Program-made: the position numbers and the translations under genes | Part shown: positions 20,168-31,474 of the stretch, in pieces | How the letters are laid out: each line of letters begins with the position of its first letter | Position numbering within the stretch: the first letter of the stretch is position 1 | Assembly: GCA_000998425.1 (NCBI GenBank) | Contig: LCDG01000003.1 | Coordinates: forward strand, 1,619 to 65,618 | DNA length: 64,000 bases | Direction: 5' to 3' | DNA from: Candidatus Nomurabacteria bacterium GW2011_GWC2_42_20 | Lineage (GTDB): Bacteria; Patescibacteriota; Minisyncoccia; Phycocordibacterales; UBA1550 | Notes under the pieces: model-generated | Databases searched by the model: none | The model's input: only the letters and a program-made list of their open reading frames with translations | What the model was told of the DNA's origin: nothing

Positions 20168-20248
20168 TGGTATTGCTCACCATTTTCTTGTATGGTACCC
20201 TTTTAGCAGTACAAGGTTTCCCCTTGATGTACAAAATGGGAGGTTAAA

Positions 20249-20776
20249 ATGAAACAATATCTTATTGGCATCCTCATTCTTGCTTTACCTATTTACGGGT
20301 ACGCGGAAGGATATTTACCAAATAGTGTCAAAATTGGGATTATTGATTCTCTTGAGGCTGAATCGCTTGAAAAGGAACAAAGAATCACAAACAGTTCAGA
20401 AGGAGTGAATTCATCAATAATTAAGACTGATTTTTACACAAAGAACCATCGCGAATACGCCGACATGCGCGCGCGACGAGAAATGCTGTTATCTGCGATA
20501 CAATTATCCGTAACGAAAAAGATTTCTGTTGATGACGAGCTTGATGTTTTTGGGAGAGTTGGTGTTTATAATTATCAAATTGAAGCACTCGCAAGGAGGC
20601 ATTCATCCCGAAACAATTTGAGCTTTCCCTGGGGTAGTGTCGGTAGAGAAACGGCACCAATAGCAAGCATTGGTATCGAAGCAAAGCCATTTCAGCATTT
20701 TTCATTTCGTGCCGAGTACCAAAGAGCTGGATCGGCGACTTCAAGTTCACTTTCTGTTCTTTATAAGTTCGAGTAA
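20249..20776 (+). CDS. secreted hypothetical protein
   Basis: N-terminal signal peptide (MKQYLIGILILALPIYGYA); no recognisable domain; ends in an aromatic residue pattern. Confidence 0.4.
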   Translation: MKQYLIGILILALPIYGYAEGYLPNSVKIGIIDSLEAESLEKEQRITNSSEGVNSSIIKTDFYTKNHREYADMRARREMLLSAIQLSVTKKISVDDELDVFGRVGVYNYQIEALARRHSSRNNLSFPWGSVGRETAPIASIGIEAKPFQHFSFRAEYQRAGSATSSSLSVLYKFE

Positions 20777-20797
20777 TGCAGGCGTGTAGCATAATTT

Positions 20798-20835
20798 AAT
20801 AACTGCCACTGTGGACCAGTGACAGTTATTTTTTA
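20798..20835. terminator. bidirectional terminator between secreted ORF and uvrB
   Basis: Near-perfect palindrome aataactgccactgtgg/accagtgacagttatt followed by ttttt. Confidence 0.5.
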
Positions 20836-22848
20836 CTCCAATATTTGCTTCCTAAGTAGCGCGAGTTCATCTCTTAGAATTGCTGCTGTTTCAAAGTCGA
20901 GTTCTTTCACAGCCTTGGACATCTCCTTCTCTTTAAGCTTTATTAGTTTTTGAGGATTTTTTGCAAAGATCTGCGCATCAATATCTAGATTTAATTTTAC
21001 AGCCTTCATGTGATCGGTCTCTAGATGCTCTGTAATATCTTTGATTTGCTTGATAATAGTTTTTGGGGTAATACCGTGCTCCTTGTTGTACGCAATCTGA
21101 ATAGCGCGCCGACGATTTGTTTCCGAAACTGCGCGCTCAATAGAGCCTGTTATTTTTTCAGCGTAAAGAATTACTCGCCCATGAACGTTACGAGCAGCAC
21201 GACCAATAGTTTGTATGAGTGCAGTATCAGAACGCAGGAAGCCTTCTTTATCGGCGTCTAGTATGCCGATAAGGGTGACTTCAGGCAAATCGAGCCCTTC
21301 ACGGAGCAAGTTCACTCCCACGAGACAGTCGAATGCCCCCTTGCGAAACCCAGTTAAAATTTGAATACGTTCGAGTGTTTTAATGTCACTATGCACATAC
21401 TCAGCCTTAATCCCCTCTCCCTTTAAATATTCGGAAAGGTCTTCCGCCATTTTTTTTGTGAGAGTAGTGGCAATAACCCGACCGCCTTTCTTGACCGCAG
21501 TTTTTGTTTCAGTAATAAAGTCTTGAATTTGCCCGGGGTATTTTCCTTTTTCTAAAATAGGACGAATTGAGATTTCTGGATCAATGAGCCCAGTTGGACG
21601 GATGACCTGCTCAACTACCTGCTCGCTGTTCTCCTTTTCGTAAACAGATGGTGTTGCTGATGTAAAAATCATTTGCCCTACGCGCTCATGAAATTCCTCT
21701 GAACGAAGCGGGCGGTTATCCATCGCAGATGGCAATCGAAAACCAAATTCTACAAGAGTTTTCTTGCGCGACTGATCGCCAGCATACATTCCACCGATTT
21801 GCGGAATCGTTACGTGTGATTCATCTATAATAGTGAGAAAATCAGGCTTTCCGTCTTTTGTGCGTGGGAAATATGAGAGGAGAGTGTCGGGGGCAGAACC
21901 TTCGGTACGCCCCGACATATGACGCGAGTAATTTTCAATGCCGTTGCAATATCCAACCTCACGTATCATTGCAAGGTCGTATGTGGTGCGACGCTTCAAT
22001 CGTTCTGCTTCCAAAGGCTTCCCTTCTTTTTCAAACTTTTTAAGTTGAGCGTCTAGTTCTGCTTTTATTTTTTTAATAGCGCGTGTTTTTTCTGCCTCAT
22101 TAGTAATAAAATGTTTAGCTGGAAAAATAAAAATAGAAATGGGGGTGTCTACAATTTTTTGAGACACTGGGTCAACCTTGTTAATTGATTCAATACCTTG
22201 AGCGTTGAGTGTGATACCCCATACTATTTTTTCAGAAACTGGCATTATTTCAATAAGTGTCCCAATAGAGCGAAACGTTCCGGGGGTAAGGTCAGCATTC
22301 GTGCGAGTAAAGTGAATGTTGATGAGCTTCATCATTAACGACTTGCGGTCAATTTTCTGTGCGGTAAAAAGCTTCATATTTTCTTTTTCGTATTCCGCAG
22401 GACTTCCTAAGCCATAAATACAAGAAACAGACGCAACGATAATCACGTCCTTTCGCGTGAGGAGCGCCTGAGTGGATGCGTGACGAAGCCTATCAATTTC
22501 TTCATTAATCTGCGCGTCCTTTTCAATATACGTATCTGTCGTTGGCATATACGCCTCTGGTTGGTAGTAGTCATAGTACGAAACAAAATAGTGTACCGCA
22601 TTGTCTGGGAAAAATTCTTTGTACTCCTGCGCTAGCTGAGCAGCGAGAGTTTTGTTGTGCGCAATAACGAGCGTGGGCTTGCCGACAGAAGCTATGACGT
22701 TCGCCATCGTGAAGGTCTTCCCAGAACCTGTAACCCCAAGCAATGTCTGCGCGCGCATCCCCTTTTTAATGCCATCCAAAAGCTCCTTAATCGCCTTTGG
22801 TTGGTCGCCTGCCGGTGGCCAGTCGGATTTTAGATTAAACATGGTCAT
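20833..22848 (-). CDS. uvrB: excinuclease ABC subunit B
   Basis: Helicase motifs (GVTGSGKTFT, DESH), beta-hairpin region, and C-terminal UVR domain (KELDFETAAILRDEL). Confidence 0.95.
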   Translation of the reverse strand: MTMFNLKSDWPPAGDQPKAIKELLDGIKKGMRAQTLLGVTGSGKTFTMANVIASVGKPTLVIAHNKTLAAQLAQEYKEFFPDNAVHYFVSYYDYYQPEAYMPTTDTYIEKDAQINEEIDRLRHASTQALLTRKDVIIVASVSCIYGLGSPAEYEKENMKLFTAQKIDRKSLMMKLINIHFTRTNADLTPGTFRSIGTLIEIMPVSEKIVWGITLNAQGIESINKVDPVSQKIVDTPISIFIFPAKHFITNEAEKTRAIKKIKAELDAQLKKFEKEGKPLEAERLKRRTTYDLAMIREVGYCNGIENYSRHMSGRTEGSAPDTLLSYFPRTKDGKPDFLTIIDESHVTIPQIGGMYAGDQSRKKTLVEFGFRLPSAMDNRPLRSEEFHERVGQMIFTSATPSVYEKENSEQVVEQVIRPTGLIDPEISIRPILEKGKYPGQIQDFITETKTAVKKGGRVIATTLTKKMAEDLSEYLKGEGIKAEYVHSDIKTLERIQILTGFRKGAFDCLVGVNLLREGLDLPEVTLIGILDADKEGFLRSDTALIQTIGRAARNVHGRVILYAEKITGSIERAVSETNRRRAIQIAYNKEHGITPKTIIKQIKDITEHLETDHMKAVKLNLDIDAQIFAKNPQKLIKLKEKEMSKAVKELDFETAAILRDELALLRKQILE

Positions 22849-24108
<1,260 letters not shown>

Positions 24109-24155
24109 TTAAACAAGGAAAGTTCCTAAACAATACAAAGAGAAAGGAAGTAATT

Positions 24156-24683
24156 ATGCACTCAATCAGCATTATTACAGCAATGACAAACGATAAGCGA
24201 GTCATTGGGAATAAAGGCGAAATGCCATGGGGACGCATGCTAAGAGACCTTGAGTATTTCAAGAAGCTCACAATGGGGTTTCCTGTCGTTGTTGGCTACA
24301 ATACACTGGTATCAATCAGTGAAATGTCAAGACGTAGCACGAACCTGCTTCCAGGTCGCACGCTGTGTGTTTTAACTCGCGACCAAAACAAATTGACGAG
24401 GTTCACTGATTGCATCTGGCTTCCAGATGTTATGTCTGTGATAAATTTAAGTCAAAGGATACGTGTGTTCATTGCTGGGGGAGAAAATGTTTACCGCCAA
24501 TTTATTGACCTCCCAGAAGTACGTACAATCTACATGACAAGAATCATTGCCAATTACCATGGGGATACTTTTTTCCCAAACTATTCCGCAGATGATTGGC
24601 TGACCATACAGCGAGAAAACCACGCTGTTAGCGAAAAAAACAAACATCCTCTCATTTTTGAAACCTTGATTCGCAGAAAATAA
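24156..24683 (+). CDS. folA: dihydrofolate reductase
   Basis: Start trimmed to the internal ATG at 24156, which has an AGGAAG ribosome-binding site. ISIITAMTNDKRVIGNKGEMPW...GFPVVVGYNTL matches the DHFR consensus. Confidence 0.85.
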   Translation: MHSISIITAMTNDKRVIGNKGEMPWGRMLRDLEYFKKLTMGFPVVVGYNTLVSISEMSRRSTNLLPGRTLCVLTRDQNKLTRFTDCIWLPDVMSVINLSQRIRVFIAGGENVYRQFIDLPEVRTIYMTRIIANYHGDTFFPNYSADDWLTIQRENHAVSEKNKHPLIFETLIRRK

Positions 24684-24700
24684 CAATCAGCTCACTAACA

Positions 24701-24728
24701 AAGCCCTACTTGCGTAGGGCTTTTTATC
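24701..24728 (+). terminator. Rho-independent terminator after folA
   Basis: aagccctac ttgcg tagggctt followed by tttat. Confidence 0.55.
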
Positions 24729-24739
24729 TATACAAAAAG

Positions 24740-25879
24740 TTAATCATATATAACTCTTTTAACAACATCCACCAAGCCTTTATCAAACTGGGCTGGAAGA
24801 ACTTGATCTGGTTTTGGATCGGCTACATACCTAGAAAGCGCTTCTGCTGCGCTAATAAACATTTCTTCATTAAATTGCTTAATTCTGTTATCGAGAGCAC
24901 CACGAAAAATCCCAGGAAATGCAAGTGAGTTATTAATTTGATTTGGGAAATCTGATCTGCCAGTAGCAACTACAAATGCTCCAGCTTCTTTGGCAACATC
25001 AGGCATGATTTCTGGGATTGGGTTTGCAAGAGCAAAAATAATTGGCTTCTCTGCCATCGTGCGGACCATCTCTGCGGTCAAAAGTCCCGGCTTTGAAACA
25101 CCAATAAAAATATCTGCTCCGTGTAGCACTTCAGCAAGTGTGCCAGTTTTTTTATCACGATTTGTAACTCGCGCAAGTGCCTGCTTTTCCTCATTTAACC
25201 CTTCTCGTCCATCGTATATTGCACCCTGTGTATCACAAACAATAAAATGCTTGAACCCATATGCTAAAAGAATTTTTGTAATCGCGGTTCCAGCTGCACC
25301 TGCTCCGCTCATTACGACCTTCGCGTCTTCCTTTTCAGTGCCACGAAGTTTTAGCGAATTTATAAGACCTGCAAGGACCACCGTTGCCGTGCCATGTTGA
25401 TCGTCGTGCATCACCGGGATAGGTAGCTCTGCGCGTAATCTCTCCTCTATTTCAAAACAACGTGGAGCTGAAATATCCTCCAGATTAATCCCGCCAAACA
25501 CCGGCGCAATATTTTTTACAAGAGCAATAATTTCCTCCACATCCTGAGTGTTCACGCAAATAGGAAATGCATCGATTCCGGCAAACTCTTTAAAAATCGC
25601 GGCTTTCCCTTCCATCACTGGTATCGCAGCATGAGCACCAAGGTTGCCAAGTCCAAGTATTGCAGAACCATCAGAAACTATAGCTATCGTGTTTCCTTTA
25701 ATTGTGTACTCGTATGCAAGCTCTACGTCACGTCCTATCTCGCGTGAGACCTCTGCAACTCCTGGCGTATATGCAAGCGAAAGCTCCGCTCTATTTGTAA
25801 GAGGAACCTTGCTTATAACCTCAATTTTACCGCGATGCTCCTTGTGAAGCTCGAGTGATTGTTTATATACATCATCCAT
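24740..25879 (-). CDS. NAD(P)-dependent malic enzyme
   Basis: Malic enzyme N-domain (LAYTPGVA) and Rossmann NAD-binding domain (GAGAAG). Confidence 0.85.
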   Translation of the reverse strand: MDDVYKQSLELHKEHRGKIEVISKVPLTNRAELSLAYTPGVAEVSREIGRDVELAYEYTIKGNTIAIVSDGSAILGLGNLGAHAAIPVMEGKAAIFKEFAGIDAFPICVNTQDVEEIIALVKNIAPVFGGINLEDISAPRCFEIEERLRAELPIPVMHDDQHGTATVVLAGLINSLKLRGTEKEDAKVVMSGAGAAGTAITKILLAYGFKHFIVCDTQGAIYDGREGLNEEKQALARVTNRDKKTGTLAEVLHGADIFIGVSKPGLLTAEMVRTMAEKPIIFALANPIPEIMPDVAKEAGAFVVATGRSDFPNQINNSLAFPGIFRGALDNRIKQFNEEMFISAAEALSRYVADPKPDQVLPAQFDKGLVDVVKRVIYD

Positions 25880-25880
25880 A

Positions 25881-26729
25881 TTAGTAACGCATTCTTGCGT
25901 ATGCTAGTGAACCATATAATCCTCCAAAATCGCCAAGTTCAGCCTTTTCTATGCGTGGCGCCCTCGGAAAGATTTTTAAAATTTCAGCGAGATGCTTGCG
26001 AACTGCAGAGATAGGAATACCAACTTCGTTCATCATTGAGCCTCCTATCACTACTATATCTGGTGACCAGTGCACAATTGTATTATTAAGCCCGTACGCA
26101 AGGAATTTTGCAAGCTCGTCCCACACGGCATCATCATGAATCTCGTACGGTTTCATCCCAAAACGTTTTTCAACTGCTGTTCCCGACACATACGCCTCCA
26201 AATCATTCCCTTCACACGTTGGACAAAGAGAATTGTCTGGATCAATAATCTGATGTCCAGGCTCAAACCCAAGCGACGACCTATCGATCTTCCCATTAAT
26301 AACACGCACACCGCCAACACCTGTACTCACCGTAATATACGCAACAATAGATTCACCTCGCCCAGCCCCAAAATGAGCCTCGCCTAAGCCAACTAGCGCT
26401 GCATCGTTTTCTATCTCAACTGGGACCTTGTAAGATTCATGGAGGGTATTTTTAATGTCATGGCCCACCCAGCCACCCAAATTCGGACTTTTTACAAGCA
26501 TTGTTTGCTCCGTGTTTAGTGGTCCAGCGATGCCACCAACTATTGCGGTTACTGAACGATTTTGATCCGCAAGCTCCTGTGCTATATTATCAATAACACG
26601 CTTGAGTGTGTCTATACCTTCACCAAAGTCCTTTGGTGTTGAAACTACGATAGGATTACCAAGAAATTTCTCACGATCTGCTGCGACAACACGCATCTTT
26701 GTTCCGCCTATATCAAAAAGTATGTACAT
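25881..26729 (-). CDS. ROK-family sugar kinase (glucokinase-like)
   Basis: DIGGTKMRV N-terminal ATPase motif and ROK zinc motif with CPTCEGNDLE. Confidence 0.75.
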   Translation of the reverse strand: MYILFDIGGTKMRVVAADREKFLGNPIVVSTPKDFGEGIDTLKRVIDNIAQELADQNRSVTAIVGGIAGPLNTEQTMLVKSPNLGGWVGHDIKNTLHESYKVPVEIENDAALVGLGEAHFGAGRGESIVAYITVSTGVGGVRVINGKIDRSSLGFEPGHQIIDPDNSLCPTCEGNDLEAYVSGTAVEKRFGMKPYEIHDDAVWDELAKFLAYGLNNTIVHWSPDIVVIGGSMMNEVGIPISAVRKHLAEILKIFPRAPRIEKAELGDFGGLYGSLAYARMRY

Positions 26730-26772
26730 ATGCTCACATTCTAGCAGGCCAGCGAGAAAATGTAAAAAACAC

Positions 26773-28767
26773 CTAATCCTCCTTATAAAGCGGGTTGCAC
26801 TTCAAACAAATACCAAGCTCTTCTAATTTATCCAGATATTTTACAACTGTCATAACATACTCGGAATGACTCCACGTAAGAGGTGTTGCGGAAAGCGGTT
26901 CTCCGTTGTATGGATGCAATTGTTCTGAAAAAATTCCAGACTCTGTCGTATGTTTTACTGCCCACGAAAGCCATTGATGTACTGGCGCAAAATCCGATTC
27001 CTTTTTAGCGCGCGCAATATGGTACTGAGCAAGCCAGAGAGTGGTGATAATCCATGGATTCCCTGGGACTCCTACTACATCGCGAAAATAAACGTCACCT
27101 TCGTATCGCGCGACTCCTCCAACATTAGTTTTAACAACAATGCGGTCTTCGATCTGTTTTATTGCGCGAGAAAGACGAGGATCATCTATATCTAGAACGC
27201 CGAAAGCAAAAATACCATAAACGCTCGACATATCAAGTGTGCGGTCGTATGAAATAGTGCCATCATCAGCAACATTGATCATCTTTACAAAAATTCCAGA
27301 CTCTTCTTCGTATAAAAAGTTTAATATTGATTGACGAATTTCAAACGCGGCAGTGGTATATATATGCTCACTCTTTTCTTTTCCCAAAAGTTTTGCGAAT
27401 TTCGCCGCACACATCAAGGCCTCATACACAGCTGCGGACGTGAATGTATGTATCCCAAATTTTTCTTCCCATAGATCGTATGATGCTTTCGGAAGACGTG
27501 TTGTTGGATCGCGATACTCAACCATAAAGTCCGCTGCTCTTTTTACAAGGCTATTGTAAACCTTCTCAATAAATTCCAAATCCCTGGATTGTATATAGTG
27601 ATGCCAAAGTGCAATAAGAACAAGTGCTGTTTCGTCTTCTTGAATTGGAAGCTCTATTTTCCCATTTTTCATCCATGGATGCCACGAACTACCGAGGGAT
27701 TCATCTGGACGATATTTATGCATAAAATACCCATCATCTGTAATGACATGTTCGCAAAAATCAAAAAATCTTTCCGCAACATTAAAATCACCCGCCATAT
27801 CAAATGCCATAGCAGAAAATGCTCCATCGCGTGGCCACATATAGCTATATGTATCACGGCCGTTTTGCAGCATGTCTGAATCTGCAGACGCAATAATAGC
27901 TCCGTTGTTGTCTGCGTGAGTGCGTATAGCAAGAAGCGATCTTTTAAACAGCGCTATCTCGTCTTGTGTAAGCCCGTAAAATGTAAAATTATATTTATTT
28001 ACCCATGCGTGCCAATAATCACGAGTTGTTCTCATCAAATGCCCGGGGTTCCTCTCAAGAGTATATTTATTTAACTCAAGCGCCTCCTTAATAGATTCAG
28101 CCGCAACTACCCAATAATGAATTATTTTCGATTCATGTGGAGGAATGTCCAAATAAAATCCCATAACGGAGTCAGATGGTCCATGCTCTATAAGGTTTTT
28201 TGCAAGAATCCCATCCTCTGCATCCTTAAAACTTCCTTCCTTCCCTTCAATCTTGAATATTCCGGCTGTATAGTCGTCAAAACCACCATTAGATGACTGT
28301 CCATTAATTAAGAAAACTCTTTTCCCGTTATAATGAACAATCACATGATTTATTGGGTCAAAATATGAAGTATCCCCGCGGTGTGATTCGTATATTTCAA
28401 ATTCGTGCCCAAAGAATAGCCTGACTGAACGCTCTCTGTCGGAATCATTTGTAACCTTTACCTCACGCAGAAAAATATTTTTTTCATTGTATACTGTGTC
28501 AGATAAATTTAGAGTGACACCAAGCGTACTGTTTTTTGCGACTGTCTCACCAAGCAGTGACTGGTCTGATGAGTGAATTTGTATGTCCCAATTTGGATTA
28601 TCGAACCAATTGAGCTGATAATCAACAAACACTCCTACGCGATGTGTATAGTGTCCCCCAATATGATTTTCAAGACCTACATATGGGAAATAGAAGTCTC
28701 GCACTTGTGCGCGCTTGTCCATGCATACAAGAATATTTCCATTACCAAGTGAAAGGGACTTTGACAT
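26773..28767 (-). CDS. glycoside hydrolase family 15 (glucoamylase-like)
   Basis: N-terminal beta-sandwich and a (alpha/alpha)6 catalytic region with the GH15 hallmark YMWPRDGAF. Confidence 0.8.
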   Translation of the reverse strand: MSKSLSLGNGNILVCMDKRAQVRDFYFPYVGLENHIGGHYTHRVGVFVDYQLNWFDNPNWDIQIHSSDQSLLGETVAKNSTLGVTLNLSDTVYNEKNIFLREVKVTNDSDRERSVRLFFGHEFEIYESHRGDTSYFDPINHVIVHYNGKRVFLINGQSSNGGFDDYTAGIFKIEGKEGSFKDAEDGILAKNLIEHGPSDSVMGFYLDIPPHESKIIHYWVVAAESIKEALELNKYTLERNPGHLMRTTRDYWHAWVNKYNFTFYGLTQDEIALFKRSLLAIRTHADNNGAIIASADSDMLQNGRDTYSYMWPRDGAFSAMAFDMAGDFNVAERFFDFCEHVITDDGYFMHKYRPDESLGSSWHPWMKNGKIELPIQEDETALVLIALWHHYIQSRDLEFIEKVYNSLVKRAADFMVEYRDPTTRLPKASYDLWEEKFGIHTFTSAAVYEALMCAAKFAKLLGKEKSEHIYTTAAFEIRQSILNFLYEEESGIFVKMINVADDGTISYDRTLDMSSVYGIFAFGVLDIDDPRLSRAIKQIEDRIVVKTNVGGVARYEGDVYFRDVVGVPGNPWIITTLWLAQYHIARAKKESDFAPVHQWLSWAVKHTTESGIFSEQLHPYNGEPLSATPLTWSHSEYVMTVVKYLDKLEELGICLKCNPLYKED

Positions 28768-28829
28768 ACATAAAGTATACTAGAATCTGTCGTAAAAACA
28801 ATCCAAAACCGCTGTGACACTGTTGAAAA

Positions 28830-30065
28830 CTATGACAACTCTTTTACTTTTATCTTTTTTGCATGCATTGGATGCCCTACAATGCGCAAGCGTAAATCTT
28901 GGAGTGCGTTCATGTACGCGATGAATGCTTCGTAAGGTGTATTGTATGGATTAAAATATTTATGCACATCGCCATCATTGAACCACTTGGTGCACATATA
29001 GTAGAAATGATCAGATGTTTGCAGTTTCCGCCAATCGCTGATGAGCTTGTCATCGTTGGTAGCAAGCACATCTTCTTCAAGCTTGTAAATGCTCTGAATT
29101 GCATCGTGCTGCATTGGGTTTGAGAGCCACGCTGAAAGATCCCGCTCCACATCGGCCCATGACATATAGTTGTGCACATCAAGCTCTGATACTGGCTCAT
29201 ACCGCGCAATTGCCTCGCTTGGTGTTATAAAGTCGTTGTCTGGGTGTTTATAGATCTCCTCAGGCAAATGACGAAGGAAATTAAAGATACCTGTGTCCTC
29301 CCACTGATGCTCTCCAAATGTCTCATAATCCATAAATAGATTAATGACGTGCCCATTCCCATTTACTTGTGACGCCCATTGAGCAAACTTTGGCGCTGTT
29401 AGAGGAAAATCAGCCCACTCTTTTGATGAAAATCGAAAAGCAATATCATCTGAAAGGCGATAATTTTTGAGCAGGAGCTTCAGGTTTTGTGCCCCTTGAG
29501 GGCGATATAAAAAATTTGGACTCTTCCATCCAAGTACGTGGTCTGCCCCTTCTGCTATGATCCCCTTGTACCCCATTTTTTCTACCTCATGCGCAAGCGC
29601 ATTATTATAAATAAGCTCGGTATTGCGAAATACTGTCGGCGTAACACCAAAAAGCTCCTCGATTTTATCACGGTGCATTTTTACCTGACGACGAAACTCT
29701 TCTGGCGAATACAGAAATGATAGCGAATGATAGTACGTTTCCTCGAGCACCTCTACACGTCCTGTGTCAATAAGCTTCTTAAAAGACTCAAGTGTCTCTG
29801 GATTAAACTCCTGAAGCTGATCAAGAAATACCCCCGAAAAAGAGAAGCTGATTTTGAATTCTGGATGCTTATTTAAAAGCTCAAGCATAACCGCATTTGC
29901 TGGCAGATAGCACTTCCCTGCTACTTTGTTGAGGATCTTTTTATTGTTGATTGAGCGATCTGAATCGTCATTAAAATACTCGCTATCTTTCCCAATATCA
30001 AATACGCGATAATCCTTTACTCGAAACGGTTGGTGAACTTGAAAATAAAAGCAGATTGACGCCAT
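28830..30065 (-). CDS. glycoside hydrolase family 57-like alpha-glucan enzyme
   Basis: N-terminal CFYFQVHQPFR resembles the GH57 catalytic-domain start (HQHQP-type); assignment by motif only. Confidence 0.55.
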   Translation of the reverse strand: MASICFYFQVHQPFRVKDYRVFDIGKDSEYFNDDSDRSINNKKILNKVAGKCYLPANAVMLELLNKHPEFKISFSFSGVFLDQLQEFNPETLESFKKLIDTGRVEVLEETYYHSLSFLYSPEEFRRQVKMHRDKIEELFGVTPTVFRNTELIYNNALAHEVEKMGYKGIIAEGADHVLGWKSPNFLYRPQGAQNLKLLLKNYRLSDDIAFRFSSKEWADFPLTAPKFAQWASQVNGNGHVINLFMDYETFGEHQWEDTGIFNFLRHLPEEIYKHPDNDFITPSEAIARYEPVSELDVHNYMSWADVERDLSAWLSNPMQHDAIQSIYKLEEDVLATNDDKLISDWRKLQTSDHFYYMCTKWFNDGDVHKYFNPYNTPYEAFIAYMNALQDLRLRIVGHPMHAKKIKVKELS

Positions 30066-30090
30066 AGATTACTAGTATATCAGATTATGA

Positions 30091-31323
30091 TTAGATATAG
30101 CGAGTTTCCGATGTTGCCCCGCTTTCGCAAATAACTTTTTCATAATAATCGATGCATTTACGACTTGCGGCGTCCCATGTAACTTTTCTCACTTCCTCAC
30201 GACTGTTCCCCCAAAGAGTTTGCCAGAGCGAACGGTGCGACACAACACCGAGAATTTTGTTTGCCATATCTTCAGTATCCCAGAAATCTGTTTTGAGTGC
30301 ATGAGTGAGCACCTCGGACACGCCAGATTGTTTTGAAATAAGAACTGGTGCGCCGGCAATGATGGATTCTAGTGGAGTAATACCAAATGGTTCTGAAACT
30401 GATGGCATCACAAATAAATCCGCTGCGCGATACACAGCATTCAGATCATCACCACGTAGAAATCCAACAAACACGACATGGTCAGAAATACCGAGGGATG
30501 CAGCCTCAAGCATCATTTGCCTTTCCATATCACCACTCCCAGCCACAAGGAAAAGCACATTTGGATTTACATCAAGCACCCGCTTTGCAGCGCGAATAAA
30601 ATATTCTGGGCCTTTCTGGATAGTGATACGCCCTGCATACAGCACAATTTTTTGCCCAGCTTTTTTAAGATCTGAAAGTTTGTCTGGTATATTTGCGTAA
30701 TCACATTCATCGATACCATTGTGAACCACCTCGATCTTATGTTCTGGGATCCCATAATGCTCGACTATTTTTTGTTTTGTAAAATTTGATACAGCAATAA
30801 TCCCGTCGGCGTATTGCATGCTCTCACGTTCAATTTTGTAAACATCCTGATTTACCCCTTGTCCGCCAGTACGATCAAACTCTGTAGCATGCATATGAAG
30901 AATGAGCGGTTTCCCAGAGATTTTTTTTGCCTCGACACCAGCAAGAAAAGAAAGCCAGTCGTGCGCATGAATTACGTCAAAATGTTCTTTTTTTGCTATG
31001 TCGCGTGCGCGCAGGGCATAGCGACGCACCTCCTGCATGAGAGTATTACCATAAATATCTGAGATTATTTTATCTCGTTCGTAAATATATCCCTCAGATG
31101 TAACGTACGGTTTGAGTGGTGTCTCGATTTCCAAAAACTTTACCTTTCGTGTATCGGCAAAAAGAATGCTCATAAAGTCTGCTGACACACCAACTTTTTT
31201 GGGAAGGATAAAAAGTACATCAATTTTTCGTGAAGACAGAGCGCGTGTAAGTCCAAAACACGCTGTGCCTAGACCACCGCTGTTATGAGGAGGAAATTCC
31301 CATCCGAACATTAGTACGCGCAT
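30091..31323 (-). CDS. glycosyltransferase (glycogen synthase-like, GT4/GT5)
   Basis: MRVLMFGWEFPPHNSGGLG N-terminus typical of archaeal-type glycogen synthases; GT-B C-terminal domain. Confidence 0.65.
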   Translation of the reverse strand: MRVLMFGWEFPPHNSGGLGTACFGLTRALSSRKIDVLFILPKKVGVSADFMSILFADTRKVKFLEIETPLKPYVTSEGYIYERDKIISDIYGNTLMQEVRRYALRARDIAKKEHFDVIHAHDWLSFLAGVEAKKISGKPLILHMHATEFDRTGGQGVNQDVYKIERESMQYADGIIAVSNFTKQKIVEHYGIPEHKIEVVHNGIDECDYANIPDKLSDLKKAGQKIVLYAGRITIQKGPEYFIRAAKRVLDVNPNVLFLVAGSGDMERQMMLEAASLGISDHVVFVGFLRGDDLNAVYRAADLFVMPSVSEPFGITPLESIIAGAPVLISKQSGVSEVLTHALKTDFWDTEDMANKILGVVSHRSLWQTLWGNSREEVRKVTWDAASRKCIDYYEKVICESGATSETRYI

Positions 31324-31474
31324 ATATTTTTAAAAAGCTTGAGCTCATTGTAACACGTGTAAATAAAAAATGTGTAAAAAATATAATGTGGATAACTTAT
31401 TCAATGTGCTAATTCTTACCACTACGACAAAACTTGATTTTTATATTAAATTGTGATATAATTGCACTTATATT

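Noticed and set aside
31385-31400. Perfect DnaA box (tgtggataa, i.e. TTATCCACA) in the AT-rich gap upstream of rsuA
   Set aside because: Only a single box was found, with no cluster or DnaA gene nearby. This is insufficient to call an origin and most likely coincidental.
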